From: an uncultured Actinomycetota bacterium
GTDB taxonomy: Bacteria; Actinomycetota; Actinomycetes; Actinomycetales; Microbacteriaceae
DNA: 64,000 nucleotides
Direction: 5' to 3'
NCBI GenBank assembly: GCA_963696085.1
Contig: CAVOIQ010000004.1
Location: 48,291-112,290 of the forward strand
The position numbers were made by a program, and so were the translations under genes. Positions 61,454 to 64,000 of the stretch are shown one piece after another (the first letter of the stretch is position 1; each line of letters begins with the position of its first letter). The notes under the pieces are model-generated. The model saw only the letters and a list, made by a program, of their open reading frames with translations, was not told the DNA's origin and made no database searches.

Positions 61454-62827
61454 ATGACTGATTCTGGACCCAAGATCTGGGAGATCGACGAGTCGACCCC
61501 CGAGATCGAGGGGCTGGATCGCTCAGGGCGACCCCGACCCGAGTATGCGGCGTCGTTGGGTCTTCTTCCGGCGCCGCTCGGGCGACGCTCGTTGGCCACG
61601 CTCATCGAAGTCGCGGTGGTGGTGTTGTTGCTGCTCCCACTGCTCCTGGTGGCCCTGCCGGCCATTCTCACCGCGGCGCAGACGCCTGAGAATCTGCAGG
61701 CAGAACTGCTCGGCCGCAGCGATCTGCTGCTCATCATCATCTGCACGCTCGCGTCGTATGTCCTCGTCATCGCGTTCATCGTCGTCCAGCTGATCCTCCA
61801 TGGACGGAAGGGCGTGACGTTGGGAAAGGCCGTCGTCGGCATCCGTTCGGTCAACGTGCGCACGCTGGCGCGGCCGAAGTTCTGGCGTGGAGCGATCGTT
61901 CGCTATCTCGTGCTGTGGGGGAGCTTCCTGATTCCCCTGATCGGACCGCTTCTGGTCATCGCGCTGTCACCGCTGTTCGACCCGCAGCGACGGGGCCGAG
62001 GCTGGGCGGATCTCGCCGCGGGGACGTGGCTCGTCGACGCCCGTCGGGGACTGAACCCCTACGACGAGAAGCGGATGCGGATCGCACGCAAGACCGTGGC
62101 GTCGAACCTGAAAGATGAGCGCAGCGCGCTCCCGTCGCTCGCCACGCCGCTCAGTGCGGGCACGCAAGCGGCGTACATCCCGACCGCCCGCAGTCGCGGG
62201 GGAGTGCTCGGTGCGCCGTCCGGGGATGCGACCCCGGCATCCACGCCAGATCCCGCTCTGGTATCCGCATCCGTTGCGGCGTCCGTGCCGCCTGCGCACT
62301 CCGCAATTGCTGGTCCGTCGCTCGCGACCCCCGACCCTGTCCCAACATCGCAACCGGCATCCGATCTCCCTGCCTCGTCACCCGCTGCCGAGTGGGCGCC
62401 CCCGACGCTGTTGCCTTCGGTGCAGGCAGCCCGTGCGCTGCAGCCCGTGCCGGACGTGCAGGATGCGGCGGCCCCGGAAACTCCGGCGCCCGCGGCGCTT
62501 GTCGTCACACTGGTGCTCGATACCGGCGTCACGATCAACGTCGACGGTGCGGGCGTGCTCTTGGGCCGAGCACCGACCGCGGCTGAGGGCGAGAGTGGGC
62601 TGGTGGCGGTCCGGGTTGCGGATCCTTCGATGTCGATATCTAAGACGCACCTCGCTGTGCTCCGATCAGGCGAATCCATCGTCGTCGTCGACCGCGGATC
62701 AACCAACGGCAGCTCCCTGACCAGCGGTGGAACCGAGCGGATTCTCGCGCCCCGCGAGCGCGTGCAGCTCACTGACGGCGATACGATCCGATTCGGAGAC
62801 CGTCATGCCGCGGTCAGAATCGGCTGA
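61454..62827 (+). CDS. RDD-domain membrane protein with Pro/Ala linker and C-terminal FHA domain
   Basis: RDD (LGRRSLATLIE...TLGKAVVGIR...RRGRGWAD); FHA (LLGRAP, ISKTHL, DRGSTNG). Confidence 0.85.
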   Translation: MTDSGPKIWEIDESTPEIEGLDRSGRPRPEYAASLGLLPAPLGRRSLATLIEVAVVVLLLLPLLLVALPAILTAAQTPENLQAELLGRSDLLLIIICTLASYVLVIAFIVVQLILHGRKGVTLGKAVVGIRSVNVRTLARPKFWRGAIVRYLVLWGSFLIPLIGPLLVIALSPLFDPQRRGRGWADLAAGTWLVDARRGLNPYDEKRMRIARKTVASNLKDERSALPSLATPLSAGTQAAYIPTARSRGGVLGAPSGDATPASTPDPALVSASVAASVPPAHSAIAGPSLATPDPVPTSQPASDLPASSPAAEWAPPTLLPSVQAARALQPVPDVQDAAAPETPAPAALVVTLVLDTGVTINVDGAGVLLGRAPTAAEGESGLVAVRVADPSMSISKTHLAVLRSGESIVVVDRGSTNGSSLTSGGTERILAPRERVQLTDGDTIRFGDRHAAVRIG

Positions 62828-62854
62828 CATGCAGAGCCAGACGAGGACGTATCG

Positions 62855-64000
62855 ATGAGACTCAAGCTGACCCTTCAGCGCCGCACCGGCGAGCGCACGG
62901 ATATCGTGGTGACGTCGGACACGACCGCCACTGTGCAAGACGTCGCGCGCCGGATCGCGGAAGCCGACCCGACTCGAGAGATCGTCCCCGCTCCCACCGA
63001 CGTGCTCACCTTGTCGGTGGCACCACCGACGTCGGCCGATGTCGAGCTGCTCGACCCCAATCTGCTCATCAGCGACGCGCCCGTCGGCTCGGGCTTCGTG
63101 GCTTCGATCGTCAATCTCGGCAGCGACTACGTCTCCGCTCGCAACGCCAGTGCCCCAGTCGCAGCGATCCTCCGCATCACCGGTGGACCCCTTGCCGGGA
63201 GCGAATTCCCGCTCCCCAAGGGGCACTTCATCATCGGCAGGGCACCGGAGAGCGACGTCGTGCTCGATGATGCGCTCGTCTCGAAGCGGCACGCGCGCAT
63301 CGAGGTCGGACCCGCCGTTGAACTCGTCGACCTCAACTCGGCGAACGGCATCGTCGTCGACGGCGGCCTTGTTCAGCGCCTCCGCGTGATCCCCGGTCAG
63401 CCGTTCGTGCTCGGTGATTCCGAGGTTGTCGTGAGCATGGTCCAGGACTTCGCTCCGGCAGACCGCGAGCCCGTCCTCGAGCGCGGCGGATCGCTCCTGT
63501 TCAATCGCAGCCCCCGGGTCGAGCCTCGCTACGCCGGTGAGGAGCTGCCCGAACCTCGCATGCCGAAAGACCCGATCACTCGGATGTTCCCGTGGCCGAT
63601 GCTCGTGGCGCCGGTCATTCTCGGCATCGCGATCTTCTCGATGACCGGGCAGCTTCGATCGCTGCTGGTCATCTTCATGTCACCGCTCATGCTGTTCGGA
63701 AACTTCATCTCGCAGCGCACCCAGATCGGACAGCGTCAGCGCAAAGAGGCCGAGGTCTTCGAGCGCACCTTCGAAGAACTCGAAGAGACGCTCTACCGCG
63801 AACGTCCGCGAGAGCGCGAGATCCGCAATGCCGAGGCGCCACCGGTCGCGGTCGTCTTCGACGAGGCGATGCGGCTCGGCCCGATGCTGTGGACGCGACG
63901 GCCCGAGCACTGGAACTTTCTTGCGATGCGGATGGGCACGGCGATTGCGCCCTCGCGCACGACCATCAAGCACGCAGAAAACCCGGAGGCGCTGCAGGAG
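62855..64000 (+). CDS. N-terminal part of an EssC/EccC-like FtsK/SpoIIIE protein with FHA domain (partial, runs off the window; absent from the ORF track)
   Basis: SD GAGGA, ATG 62855, open to the window end. MRLKLTLQRRTG...; FHA (IIGRAPE, SKRHARI, DLNSANG); FNRSPR; TM hairpin FPWPMLVAPVILG...FMSPLMLFGN; LWTRRPEHWNFLAMRMG. The ATPase domains would lie beyond the window. Confidence 0.8.
   Translation, partial: MRLKLTLQRRTGERTDIVVTSDTTATVQDVARRIAEADPTREIVPAPTDVLTLSVAPPTSADVELLDPNLLISDAPVGSGFVASIVNLGSDYVSARNASAPVAAILRITGGPLAGSEFPLPKGHFIIGRAPESDVVLDDALVSKRHARIEVGPAVELVDLNSANGIVVDGGLVQRLRVIPGQPFVLGDSEVVVSMVQDFAPADREPVLERGGSLLFNRSPRVEPRYAGEELPEPRMPKDPITRMFPWPMLVAPVILGIAIFSMTGQLRSLLVIFMSPLMLFGNFISQRTQIGQRQRKEAEVFERTFEELEETLYRERPREREIRNAEAPPVAVVFDEAMRLGPMLWTRRPEHWNFLAMRMGTAIAPSRTTIKHAENPEALQE

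Overview
This is a high-GC actinobacterial chromosomal segment; gene order and content resemble Microbacterium/Micrococcales (inference). The housekeeping backbone is tsaB-rimI-tsaD, a SAM methyltransferase, CIRCE-controlled groES, rarD, a Liv-type ABC system, guaB, guaB3, guaA, pcrA/uvrD, Prim-PolC and LigC, sucCD, an NCS2 permease and purNH. Accessory material sits inside it. First, a membrane protein plus a two-component system lies just before tsaB. Second, an ~11 kb block between guaB and guaB3 carries a CreE-like flavoprotein coupled to a sarcosine-oxidase-like gene, divergent from a Liv-type ABC importer and a CMD/AhpD pair. Third, there is a ~1000-aa glycoside-hydrolase-like membrane protein. 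Fourth, the right edge holds the start of an FHA-rich type VII secretion-like locus whose second gene is missing from the ORF track. Non-coding signals include an atypical tRNA(CAT)-like element upstream of pcrA, a strongly over-represented GGATGCCG/CGGCATCC motif that also forms the core of several terminators, a REP-like cluster, and many leaderless -10 promoters. Four apparent +1 frameshifts in three genes may be sequencing errors. I found no CRISPR array, integrase, transposase or rRNA. All family assignments come from motif recognition, not from searches.
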